From a virus (lineage: Duplodnaviria; Caudoviricetes): a stretch of DNA of 36,355 bases. The notes beneath the pieces are model-generated. The model had not been told where the DNA came from and searched no databases. It was given only the letters and a program-made list of their open reading frames with translations. The stretch spans positions 1 to 36,355 of IMG/VR virus record IMGVR_UViG_3300017951_000046. One strand, written 5' to 3'. The position numbers and the translations under genes were made by a program. Positions within the stretch are counted from its first letter, which is position 1. Each line of letters opens with the position of its first letter. Of this stretch, positions 9,684 through 19,236 are shown one piece after another.

Positions 9684-11906
9684 ATGGATAAACATATTTA
9701 CACGGTTATTCTTCAACCAGGTACAGACGAAGCAGCATTTTTAAGCACTGGTCCAGGTGCTGGTTTAGAAGTCGTATCCAATCTAAATATGTTTGATAGT
9801 TTAATCTCTATGAGATTGACAGAGGACGAAGTTTCAGCATTACACGAAAGTGATTTAGTTATAGATGTTGAACGTGAATATGATGTTTATGAAGCAGCAT
9901 ATCCAACTACTCCTGAATACTCTAGAAATACTACTCTCGAAACACGTAATACGCCATCTGGTACAAACGGAGCAGATTATTCTCCAACAAGTTTTTGGTT
10001 TCATGGTGGAGTAGATATTACATCAAATACAGGACCCGTAGGATTCTTTACAACTGATGGAGAAGATGCAGAAGTTTCAGCAACAATAAAACAAAATTTT
10101 GCTGGTGAATATGTTGATATTGTAGCTGTTGAAGCAGGTACTCCTTTAAACACATACGATTCATATGCATATACCCACCCAGATTTTTTAGACGAAAATA
10201 ATAATCCAAGATTTGTAAAAACAGACTGGACAGACTATGATTCTGGTCTAGTTGATAATGACCAAGCTTCGGCAAATAATACATTTTTTAGTGCTCATGC
10301 GATTGGTGTTTTAAGTGCTGCTGGCGGGAAATATTGTGGTTGGAGTAATGTTTCAAGTTTACGAGTTGTATATCTTTCAAATGGTGTTGCGGCAGCATAT
10401 AATGGTGTTTTAGATTTTCATCAAAATAAACCTGTCAATCCAGAAACTGGTATTCGTAATGCCACAGTTGTCACAGGAGCCTGGGGATTTGTAGGAGTTG
10501 ATTTAACTGGTGCTGTTCCTATTGAAGATATTTACAAAATAGATACTTATGATAGCGAAGGTAATTTAACAACAATTAATAGGCCAGGACCTACAACAAA
10601 TCCGCCACAAACATTTAACAATACGGTCACAGCATCTGGTTCTTCAAATTATGAAATGACTGGTGGCCACAGAGGTGGAAATTTTGTTGGTGCTCAATCA
10701 GACCCAACATTAGATTTAGTTGTTGGTGATACATTAAATATTACAAATAATGTTTCTGGTGCTCACCCATTATACATTAAAACATCTCAAACAACAGGAA
10801 CTGGAGACCAAGTTTCTGGCGTAACTGGACAAGGTTCAGCTAGTGTATCTTGGACTCCAACAACACCTGGAACATATTATTATATTTGTGAATTCCATGC
10901 ATCAATGGTTGGTACAATTAATGTCACAGAAGTAATACCAGATGGTTGGGGAACTGATTTTACTCCATTTGTCAATAATCTCATGATACCTCGTGTAATT
11001 CAAGACCCAGCTGATAACCAGACAAAATGGATGATTGCTTGGAATATTGGTTCAAGATATACTACACTTGATACGATTATGTCAAATTTTAATAATGCTG
11101 GTGGTATATATCATTTCCAAAGCGCTGGTAATAATTCTATCGTAGGTGTTGCTGAAACCGACCCAAGAAAAGATAATATGCTTTATATTGACCCAGGCGC
11201 AAATTATGTAGATATGAATATTGATGGATTTGGTAGATATGATTTTTCTTCAGCGACTGCACCAAATAGTCCAACTGTGACATCAGCTAGACCTTGCCGA
11301 GTATATGCTGGAGGTGGGGATAACCAATTTACAATTGCTGCATGTCAACAAAGTACTATAAATCCAGTATTAGATGATTATAGTAGTAGAGGTCCGATGG
11401 TTGATGTTGCCGCAACTGGCGCATATACATGGACAGCATACCCAACCATATCAAAATCTGATGGTCAATGGGGATATTTTAGTGGAACATCTTGTGCAGG
11501 ACCAGTTGCTGCAGGAACGGCAAGTATTATGATTTGTGATTTCTATATTAAACGAGGAACATATCCAACAATTGCACAGTTAAAGGAAATTGTCACAAAT
11601 AACGCCAAACCAAATTTAGTTAGTGAAGGTTTAGTAGATTTTTCAAATGCTCCAACGGCAGCAAATTTTGCATCAAATAAATTATACTCATCATCTAATG
11701 TTTTTGCAATTGTAGATGGAGATTCTCAAAATGGTGGTTCTGATTTAAGTGATTTATTTCAAACACCAACAGATATCATTAATATTCCTTATGGTATCCG
11801 ATTGAGTACCGGAAAATATATTAATCCAATACGCCAGCCCGATTTTGGAAAACGTCCAGCTAGTGGCCAAATATATCCTCGCAGAAAGATACGCATAGGA
11901 ACATAG
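9684..11906 (+). CDS. Subtilisin-like (S8) serine protease with a putative prodomain and an inserted cupredoxin-like domain
   Basis: GEYVDIVAVEAG (acid position), HAIGVLSAAGG (His), SAGNN (oxyanion Asn), DYSSRGPMVDVAATG and FSGTSCAGPVAAG (Ser). The insert contains GAHPLYI...PGTYYYICEFHASMVGTINV. Confidence 0.88.
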   Translation: MDKHIYTVILQPGTDEAAFLSTGPGAGLEVVSNLNMFDSLISMRLTEDEVSALHESDLVIDVEREYDVYEAAYPTTPEYSRNTTLETRNTPSGTNGADYSPTSFWFHGGVDITSNTGPVGFFTTDGEDAEVSATIKQNFAGEYVDIVAVEAGTPLNTYDSYAYTHPDFLDENNNPRFVKTDWTDYDSGLVDNDQASANNTFFSAHAIGVLSAAGGKYCGWSNVSSLRVVYLSNGVAAAYNGVLDFHQNKPVNPETGIRNATVVTGAWGFVGVDLTGAVPIEDIYKIDTYDSEGNLTTINRPGPTTNPPQTFNNTVTASGSSNYEMTGGHRGGNFVGAQSDPTLDLVVGDTLNITNNVSGAHPLYIKTSQTTGTGDQVSGVTGQGSASVSWTPTTPGTYYYICEFHASMVGTINVTEVIPDGWGTDFTPFVNNLMIPRVIQDPADNQTKWMIAWNIGSRYTTLDTIMSNFNNAGGIYHFQSAGNNSIVGVAETDPRKDNMLYIDPGANYVDMNIDGFGRYDFSSATAPNSPTVTSARPCRVYAGGGDNQFTIAACQQSTINPVLDDYSSRGPMVDVAATGAYTWTAYPTISKSDGQWGYFSGTSCAGPVAAGTASIMICDFYIKRGTYPTIAQLKEIVTNNAKPNLVSEGLVDFSNAPTAANFASNKLYSSSNVFAIVDGDSQNGGSDLSDLFQTPTDIINIPYGIRLSTGKYINPIRQPDFGKRPASGQIYPRRKIRIGT

Positions 11907-11915
11907 AAGATGAGA

Positions 11916-11922
11916 ATAAATA
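11916..11922 (+). promoter_or_regulatory. T4-like late promoter ATAAATA
   Basis: Intergenic, 35 nt upstream of the gp8 start. Confidence 0.72.
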
Positions 11923-11956
11923 AACTTAACCATTCTAATTTACAAATGAGCTCACA

Positions 11957-13615
11957 ATGGCAGAAGTATTAAGCAACAGTTTTAAAAGTGATGTCACAAG
12001 ATTATTTCTTGCAGATGTAAGAGATAATCAAGACTATTATTTGTTTGTGTCATCTATTGGCACATTCGACCCATCTGATACACATAAATCTAAAAACGAA
12101 TTTTTAGAAAAAACTTTGTTTGGTAAGAAAATTCAAAATAGTGATATTCATTTTTGTATTCCTTATTATCCATGGCAGGTCGGTTCAGTTTATGCTGAAT
12201 ATGATGATACAGTAGATTTAACAGGACAAAATTTTTATGCTGTTGTAGGGCCTACTCAAAACGATACAGGTGATTATAGAATTTATAAGTGTCTGGATAA
12301 TAATAACGGTGCAACAACATCAAATCCTCCAAACTATAATGCTACTACTACAAATCAGATTTATAAAACAGCAGATGGTTATGTTTGGAAATATATGTAC
12401 AGACTTACGGATTTAGAATTTGAAGCTTATAATGCTTTAGGTTTCATTCCATTATTAAACATTTCAGCTAATACAGCTGTAATATCTCCGGCCACTGGTG
12501 GTGGTTCTACGGTATCAGATATTATTGTAGAAAATCCCGATATTAATGCTGGTTATACAGTAGAAACCGGTGGTATGGTAGGTAATCCTTTTACAACTGG
12601 TGTTATGATTGTAGACCCATTTACTACGTGGAGTCCTATTCCTCAATATTATGCTGGACAATTCATTTATACAACAAACCCAAATGGTGTTTCAAGATTA
12701 TTTGAAATAGAATATTATGAATATTTCCAAACATCTGGTAATGCTGAAATTCGTGTGGGTAGAGAACTTTTAACCGGCGCTGCAAATCCTGTTGCTGCTG
12801 GTGTGCAAAGTAATGCATCTTTCCAAATTTTACCTAAATTGGAAATTAAAGGTGATGGAACTGGTGCCGCACCTAATGCAACCTCTGCCGTGGGTGTACC
12901 TAATATTCAAAATGGTTCAATTAAATCAATCACAGTTTTAGACCAAGGACAGGGATATAATAATATTACAGCTAGGATTGTTGACCCATCTTATGATTTT
13001 GACCCAGAAGATGAAACAACAACTGATGTGCGAGCAGTAATCAGACCTGTATTATCACCAGATGGTGGTCATGCTTATAATTTAATTGACGAATTTAAAT
13101 GCAGAAACTTTAGTTTTTATGCATACATTTCGGCTGAGGATAATACAAACATTGGAGATACAAATACTTACGGCTCTGTTGGTGTTGTAAGGTCACCAAG
13201 TTTTGCAAATACAGCCCCAGCTATTTTTGATAACAGAATTGCAATTACAACAAACGATTACGATAAGCTTACAGCAAATACTACAATTATACAACTTGAT
13301 TCTAATAATGAGACCACATTTTCTGCAAAAATACATGAAATTGATGCGACAGCAAATACAATTTATCTAGCAGAATATATGGGACCATATACGAATAATG
13401 CAAATACAGGTAATGGAGATGTTTCATTAGACCTAACTTTGCCATTTAGAAACGACACAGGACAAATAATCTCGATAAATACTCCTATAAACAACAATAT
13501 TGTATTTCCGGAATATTTACAGAGAACTGGTGAAGTGTATTTTATGGAAGATTTCTTCCCACTGGCCAGAACAGACCTTTCAAGGGAAGAATTTAAGTTT
13601 GTATTGGAATTTTAA
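11957..13615 (+). CDS. gp8: Baseplate wedge subunit gp8
   Basis: W..G.VY..YDD, YRIYKCLDNNNG, TADGYVWKYMY, ISP..GH-like LSPDGGH and terminal R.....EEFKFVLEF motifs. Confidence 0.92.
   Translation: MAEVLSNSFKSDVTRLFLADVRDNQDYYLFVSSIGTFDPSDTHKSKNEFLEKTLFGKKIQNSDIHFCIPYYPWQVGSVYAEYDDTVDLTGQNFYAVVGPTQNDTGDYRIYKCLDNNNGATTSNPPNYNATTTNQIYKTADGYVWKYMYRLTDLEFEAYNALGFIPLLNISANTAVISPATGGGSTVSDIIVENPDINAGYTVETGGMVGNPFTTGVMIVDPFTTWSPIPQYYAGQFIYTTNPNGVSRLFEIEYYEYFQTSGNAEIRVGRELLTGAANPVAAGVQSNASFQILPKLEIKGDGTGAAPNATSAVGVPNIQNGSIKSITVLDQGQGYNNITARIVDPSYDFDPEDETTTDVRAVIRPVLSPDGGHAYNLIDEFKCRNFSFYAYISAEDNTNIGDTNTYGSVGVVRSPSFANTAPAIFDNRIAITTNDYDKLTANTTIIQLDSNNETTFSAKIHEIDATANTIYLAEYMGPYTNNANTGNGDVSLDLTLPFRNDTGQIISINTPINNNIVFPEYLQRTGEVYFMEDFFPLARTDLSREEFKFVLEF
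13475..13481 (+). promoter_or_regulatory. Putative late promoter ATAAATA within the 3' end of gp8
   Basis: 150 nt upstream of ATG 13631; same motif as the intergenic copies. Confidence 0.55.
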
Positions 13616-13630
13616 GGAAAATTATTAAAG

Positions 13631-16600
13631 ATGCCTATTAACACAAACCTCAATCAAGCTCCATACTTTGATGATTTCGATCAAGAAAATCAATATTATC
13701 GCGTTCTATTTAAACCAGGATTCGCTGTTCAAGCTCGTGAGCTGACACAACTTCAAACTCAGCTTCAAAACCAAGTAGAACAATTTGGTGATAATATCTT
13801 TAAAGAAGGAAGTATTGTAAAAGGTTGCAACTTTACAGAACTTGATGACCTTCAGTTTGTTAAAATGATTACAATTCCTGGGTTCAACCCAACGAATTAT
13901 GTCAGCACGAGAGTCACAGAAAATATTGGTGGACAAGATGTAGAGTTAGACTACGTATACGAGGTTGTAGGTGGAACAACTGGCCTTAAAGCTAATATTA
14001 TTCAAGCTTCTCTTGGTTATGAATCAAGACCACCAGATTTAAATACATTTTATATCAATTATACAAACACGTCAAGTATTTACAAACAATTTCTTAATGG
14101 TGAAAGTCTTACTATTAATCTTTACAAATTTAAAGTTGGTACAACATCACCTGTAGCTGATATTCCAGATGTTGCAAATACAAGAGATAGTATTACAGGT
14201 ATCGAGGTAGCTGAACCTACATCTGGCAACCCACATGTTGGCCAATCCTTCGGTTTACAAGCTGCGCCTGGAGTTGTATTCCAAAAAGGACATTTCCTAT
14301 TCGCTTCTGACCAAACACTTGTTGTAGAAAAATATAGTAATTCTCCTAATGGTGTTTCGGTTGGTTATAGAATTACAGAAGAATTAATAAGTGCATTACA
14401 AGATTCAAGTTTATATGATAATGCAAATGGTTCAAATAATGAAAATGCGCCTGGTGCCGATAGACTGAAACTGGTACCTCAACTTGTTGTCATACCAACA
14501 GGAGAAGCTCAGGCCGATTCAAATTTCTTTACACTTGTCAGATACGAAAATGGTAATGCTGTCACAGTAAGAGATGTTTCTCAATATAATGTTCTGGGTG
14601 AAGAACTTGCAAGAAGAACTTATGAGGAATCAGGCAATTATGTTTTAAGAGATTTCCCATTACAAACAGATGACCGTATTCCTGAAGGAACCGCAAATAA
14701 TGAGGTTCATGTTTTAGTTGGTCAAGGTGTTGCTTACGTAAAAGGTTATAGGGTAGAAAATTCTGGTGATAGAGCATTTAAGATTGACCAAATTTCCTCA
14801 ACAGAAGTAGTAAATGCACAGTCTGTTGCTCTTGATTATGGTAATTATTTAGATGTCGTAAGTGTTCAAGGTACGGTAAACATTGACTGGACTTCAGTAT
14901 CCTTAGAAGATAGTGGTGGTTCTAATATAGGTTCTGCAATTGCAATTAACCTAACGCCTTCTAGAATTTATCTCACAGGTATTGTATTGACTGGTGCTTC
15001 GCCTATATCTGATGTTGATAGAGTTTCAGATGGTTCTGGATTTATACAAGTTGATAGTTCTAGATTAAAAGAAGTAGGTCGTAAGGCTCTGATTTTTGAT
15101 ACAGGAATGAATAGTTTATTTGATACAGATGATACACTTATTCCTACTCGTATTCAAGAAGCAGCAACCCATACAGGTAATGTAATTACACTTACAGCAA
15201 ACCCTGGTGAGGATTTTGCTTGTACAAATACTGCTGAAGATATTCTAGTTGTTGATAGTACAAATACAAAAATTGGTATCGTAGGAACGCCTACAACGTC
15301 GCTAAATAATAGTGTATTGACCATTAATTTGGACCCAGCAGACTCTCCTGCGACGAATGTGACTGTGTACTATAATAAAAGATTAATTGGTTCACTAAAT
15401 GGTGTAGACCCATACAATAAAATTTCACATGAAACTTATGTCAAAGTTGCATATAATCCTAGCCAAACAAAATACAATTTAGGTTTCCCTGATGTATATC
15501 AAATCGTAAGTGTTGTAGATGCTTCAGGCAATGACTTTACAAGTAGTTTCAGATTAAACACAAACCAAAAAGATACTTACTACGATTTATCCTATATGGA
15601 ATCAATCGTCGGCAGACCAGAACCTTCTGGTACATTGACAGTTCGACTCAAGGTATTCCAACCTTCTGCTGCAACAGGCGAATATTTCTTTACAATTAAT
15701 AGTTATCCAAACACAGTTGATAGATATGATATCCCAGTTCATGTTTCAGAATCTGGTATAAGATATAATTTAAGAGATTGTATTGACTTTAGACCTTATC
15801 GTGATAAAGACCCATTGGCGGACTTTGGTGCTACGGCTGGTACTGCTCCAACAATTTCTGGAACGGTAGGTTTTGCACCACCATCATTTAGTGATTATGG
15901 AACACCACTTATTCCTGCATTCGGCAATAATATCACAACTGACATTGAATATTACTTGTCACGAGTAGATACAATCGTTGCAGACTCTTATGGTGAGTTA
16001 TCACTTATTAAAGGAGAGGAAGAAAGGTTTGCAGTTCCACCTCGTGTAGGAACTGACCAATTGGCAATCGCGCAAGTTTCAATTCCAGGTTATCCTGCAA
16101 TATCCAGAAAAACAGCTGATTCACAGCGTAAAAATGAATACGCAATTAAGGCAAAGGCTACTGGTATTAAAGCATTTACAATGAAGGATATGCACGACCT
16201 CGATAAGAAAATTGATAATCTTGCATATTATATTTCTCTTAACCAATTGGAAGCAGATACACAAAATCTTGTTATTACAGACGAAAATGGTTTATCAAGA
16301 TTTAAAAATGGATTTATTGTAGACCCATTTAATGATTTAACACTGGCGGAAATTGAAAATCCAGATTTCAGTGCTGCGATTCCATTTAATCAAAGAATTT
16401 TAACACCTTCAGTAAAAACATATCCAATTAATTTAAAATATAAGACAGCTACAGGTTCATCAATTTTCCCATCTACCGGAAACGCAAAGGTCGGAACATT
16501 ATCTCGTGATTCAAATGTAAATATTATTTCACAACCTTATGCTTCTAATATTAGAAACTGTGTAAGTAATTTCTACAAATATGTTGGTGATGGTATTATT

Positions 16601-19042
16601 TCACCACCTTACGATGCAGCATATGATACAACAACAAATCCAGTTTCTATTGATATTGATTTAACTACTCCATTCCAGGATTTTGTAGATAGTATTCAGC
16701 AATTCTTGCCGATGACTGATACTACAGCTGTGACCACATTTGACCCAGATCCAGGTAGAGCTGGCAGACGTGGTGCTGGAACAGAATTTACAACAATTAC
16801 AACAAGAACAAGTGAAATTAATGTTGAACCAGGAAGTACTACAACATCATTTGTAGGTGATTTCCTTACTAATTTCCAATTTGAGCCATTCATGGCTGGA
16901 CGCGACATCGCCGTTTACATGTCCGGTCTAAGACCAAATACAAGACATTATTTCTTCTTTGATGGTGTTAATGTTGATTCACATGTTATTCCTGGAACAC
17001 CAGCTGACCGTGCCGATGAGGTTGGCAGATTTGGTAATAAAGGGGATGCTGTTTCAACAGACGCGAATGGTGTATTAAGAGCTGTATTTGCATTACCTGA
17101 AGAAACATTCTATGTTGGTGATAGAGTATTACAAATTGCTGACGTTTCTACAATTGCTGATATTGACTCTGCTGCAACATCAAGAGGCTTTGTCACATAT
17201 CGTGCATATAACTTTAGTGTAGAGAAAACATCACTCACAACTTCTACCAGAGCACCTGATTTTGATGTCAATACAACAACGACAACAAGAAATGTTGCCA
17301 GAAGGAGACGAGGACGTGACCCACTTGCTCAAACATTCTTTGTTAAGAAAGGTATGGGACAAGGTTCAAATTCTGTTTATCTATCAGAGGTTGATGTATT
17401 CTTTAAACGTAAGCCATCTGGCAGTGAAGGTTTAAATGGTATTTCACTTCAGGTAAGAGAAGTTGTAAATGGATATCCGGATATTAATATTGTTCCATTC
17501 TCTGTTGTACATAAATTACCTAGTGCAATTAATGTATCAGATGATGCTTCTGCTGCAACAACATTTGCATTTGAAGCTCCAATCAGACTTGATGTAGAAA
17601 AAGAATATGCAATTGTATTACAACCAGATGCTTCTGACCCGAATTACTTAGTGTTTACATCTAAGGTTGGTGGTACTGACTTAACACCTGGTGATACTCA
17701 AGGTTCAGCTATTGTTCAAGACTGGGGAGATGGTGTTCTCTTCACATCAACGAATAATAGTGCTTGGAAATCTTACCAAGATGAAGATCTTAAGTTTACA
17801 CTAAAACGCCATAACTTCAATTCATCGTCTGGTACAATTACACTTACAAATGATGACCACGAATTCTTATCAATTAATGATTTCAATGGAAGATTCAGAT
17901 TAGGTGAAACGGTTTATCAGATTAAAGATCTTCAGGGTGCTACTGCAAATACAATTAGTATTACTCAAGGTTCTGCTGTTGTCACTGGTGCTGACCTTGA
18001 CGATACATACAGTGCTGGTGATTTTGTAAAAATTGATAATTTAAGTGGCGATTACGACTTATTTGAAGTTCAATCAGTAGATAGTGCAATTCAGATTACA
18101 CTTACAAGACCTTGGGGCTTTGCAGATATTACAACTGGTGGTTCTATGCTTCCTGTTGTGAAAGGTACATTATCATATTACGATAAAAATAATCCTTACA
18201 CAATTCATCTTGAGGATAGTAATGCTACAGCAATACGACCATTTGCTGCCAATACTGATATTGTAGGACTTGATAGTGAAATTACTGCAAATACTGTAAG
18301 TATTGATAACATTAATTTAAGTTATGTTCAGCCAATGATTATGAGAGCTGCAGACTCCGTTTCAAAATTAAATTTAAGTGGTACATTTGTTCCACCTGAT
18401 GCTGTAAATACAACTTACGCACAACCAATGAAATTTAATGATAATAACCACTTCAGTAAAGATGGTGTTATAATTTACAGTAAATCAAACGACCCTGCAC
18501 GTTCAAAGGTATTTGATATTAATGTAGGATTGGAAAATGCTGGCAATGTCACATCGACTCCATTCTTAGATATCGAAGCATCTAAACTACTTGCATACGA
18601 ATATAATATTACAAATGACTCTGCAACCACTTCAAAATATATCAGTAAGAAAATTGAACTTGCTGCTGATTTGGATGCCGAGGATATTGAAGTAATTGTA
18701 TCTGGATACAGACCTCAAAATACAGACATTAAAGTTTATATTAAGGCGAAACATGCCTATGATAATGCTGAATTTAATGTTCTTGATTGGACTGAATTAG
18801 AATTATTTGAAGGTGTTGGTGTATTCTCAACCACAACAAATATTAGAGATTATAGGGAATTTAAATATAGAATTCCTGCTGCGAATAAGGTTGGTGGACT
18901 TGCAACTGGTGCTTTTACATATACAAATACAAATGGTGTATTTGATGGTTTCAGAACATTCGCAATTAAAATAGAATTATTATCTAATAATGTGCATAAT
19001 GCTCCTACGCTTTTAGATTATAGAGCAATTGCCTTAACATAA
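13631..19042 (+). CDS. Large virion structural protein, VrlC/DUF4815-like
   Basis: NLNQAPYFDDFD....YYRVLFKPGFAVQARELTQLQ, APGADRLK, LARRTYEESGNY, G.AYVKGY, RFKNGFIVDPF, DPLAQTF and terminal YRAIAL. Usual position after gp8 in marine T4-like phages. Confidence 0.88.
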   Translation: MPINTNLNQAPYFDDFDQENQYYRVLFKPGFAVQARELTQLQTQLQNQVEQFGDNIFKEGSIVKGCNFTELDDLQFVKMITIPGFNPTNYVSTRVTENIGGQDVELDYVYEVVGGTTGLKANIIQASLGYESRPPDLNTFYINYTNTSSIYKQFLNGESLTINLYKFKVGTTSPVADIPDVANTRDSITGIEVAEPTSGNPHVGQSFGLQAAPGVVFQKGHFLFASDQTLVVEKYSNSPNGVSVGYRITEELISALQDSSLYDNANGSNNENAPGADRLKLVPQLVVIPTGEAQADSNFFTLVRYENGNAVTVRDVSQYNVLGEELARRTYEESGNYVLRDFPLQTDDRIPEGTANNEVHVLVGQGVAYVKGYRVENSGDRAFKIDQISSTEVVNAQSVALDYGNYLDVVSVQGTVNIDWTSVSLEDSGGSNIGSAIAINLTPSRIYLTGIVLTGASPISDVDRVSDGSGFIQVDSSRLKEVGRKALIFDTGMNSLFDTDDTLIPTRIQEAATHTGNVITLTANPGEDFACTNTAEDILVVDSTNTKIGIVGTPTTSLNNSVLTINLDPADSPATNVTVYYNKRLIGSLNGVDPYNKISHETYVKVAYNPSQTKYNLGFPDVYQIVSVVDASGNDFTSSFRLNTNQKDTYYDLSYMESIVGRPEPSGTLTVRLKVFQPSAATGEYFFTINSYPNTVDRYDIPVHVSESGIRYNLRDCIDFRPYRDKDPLADFGATAGTAPTISGTVGFAPPSFSDYGTPLIPAFGNNITTDIEYYLSRVDTIVADSYGELSLIKGEEERFAVPPRVGTDQLAIAQVSIPGYPAISRKTADSQRKNEYAIKAKATGIKAFTMKDMHDLDKKIDNLAYYISLNQLEADTQNLVITDENGLSRFKNGFIVDPFNDLTLAEIENPDFSAAIPFNQRILTPSVKTYPINLKYKTATGSSIFPSTGNAKVGTLSRDSNVNIISQPYASNIRNCVSNFYKYVGDGIISPPYDAAYDTTTNPVSIDIDLTTPFQDFVDSIQQFLPMTDTTAVTTFDPDPGRAGRRGAGTEFTTITTRTSEINVEPGSTTTSFVGDFLTNFQFEPFMAGRDIAVYMSGLRPNTRHYFFFDGVNVDSHVIPGTPADRADEVGRFGNKGDAVSTDANGVLRAVFALPEETFYVGDRVLQIADVSTIADIDSAATSRGFVTYRAYNFSVEKTSLTTSTRAPDFDVNTTTTTRNVARRRRGRDPLAQTFFVKKGMGQGSNSVYLSEVDVFFKRKPSGSEGLNGISLQVREVVNGYPDINIVPFSVVHKLPSAINVSDDASAATTFAFEAPIRLDVEKEYAIVLQPDASDPNYLVFTSKVGGTDLTPGDTQGSAIVQDWGDGVLFTSTNNSAWKSYQDEDLKFTLKRHNFNSSSGTITLTNDDHEFLSINDFNGRFRLGETVYQIKDLQGATANTISITQGSAVVTGADLDDTYSAGDFVKIDNLSGDYDLFEVQSVDSAIQITLTRPWGFADITTGGSMLPVVKGTLSYYDKNNPYTIHLEDSNATAIRPFAANTDIVGLDSEITANTVSIDNINLSYVQPMIMRAADSVSKLNLSGTFVPPDAVNTTYAQPMKFNDNNHFSKDGVIIYSKSNDPARSKVFDINVGLENAGNVTSTPFLDIEASKLLAYEYNITNDSATTSKYISKKIELAADLDAEDIEVIVSGYRPQNTDIKVYIKAKHAYDNAEFNVLDWTELELFEGVGVFSTTTNIRDYREFKYRIPAANKVGGLATGAFTYTNTNGVFDGFRTFAIKIELLSNNVHNAPTLLDYRAIALT

Positions 19043-19053
19043 GAGATTTATGA

Positions 19054-19236
19054 ATGAATTTCGAGAGAGACAAGAAAAGTAAAGCAGTACTGAACACGGA
19101 TAAGGCTGCTTTAAATAAATATAAGATTGAAAGGTCTTATTATCGTAAAGTCGATGTTATACAACAAGACATTCTTGAAATCAAAAGAAGCTTAATAACT
19201 ATCTGGGAAAAGATAGAAGAATTGGAAAACAAATAA
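19054..19236 (+). CDS. Small hypothetical protein with a coiled-coil-like C-terminus
   Basis: Fills the gap between two genes, and its stop directly abuts the next ATG. The RD..S.A.LNTD...Y pattern resembles small ORFs that follow VrlC-like genes. Confidence 0.7.
   Translation: MNFERDKKSKAVLNTDKAALNKYKIERSYYRKVDVIQQDILEIKRSLITIWEKIEELENK
19115..19121 (+). promoter_or_regulatory. Putative late promoter ATAAATA
   Basis: 116 nt upstream of ATG 19237. Confidence 0.55.

Noticed and set aside
1-19042. Bacterial contractile injection system, T6SS or prophage interpretation
   Set aside because: T4-type gp5/gp25/gp6/gp7/gp8, a VrlC-like gene and T4-like late promoters indicate a T4-like phage, and no host genes or integrase are seen.
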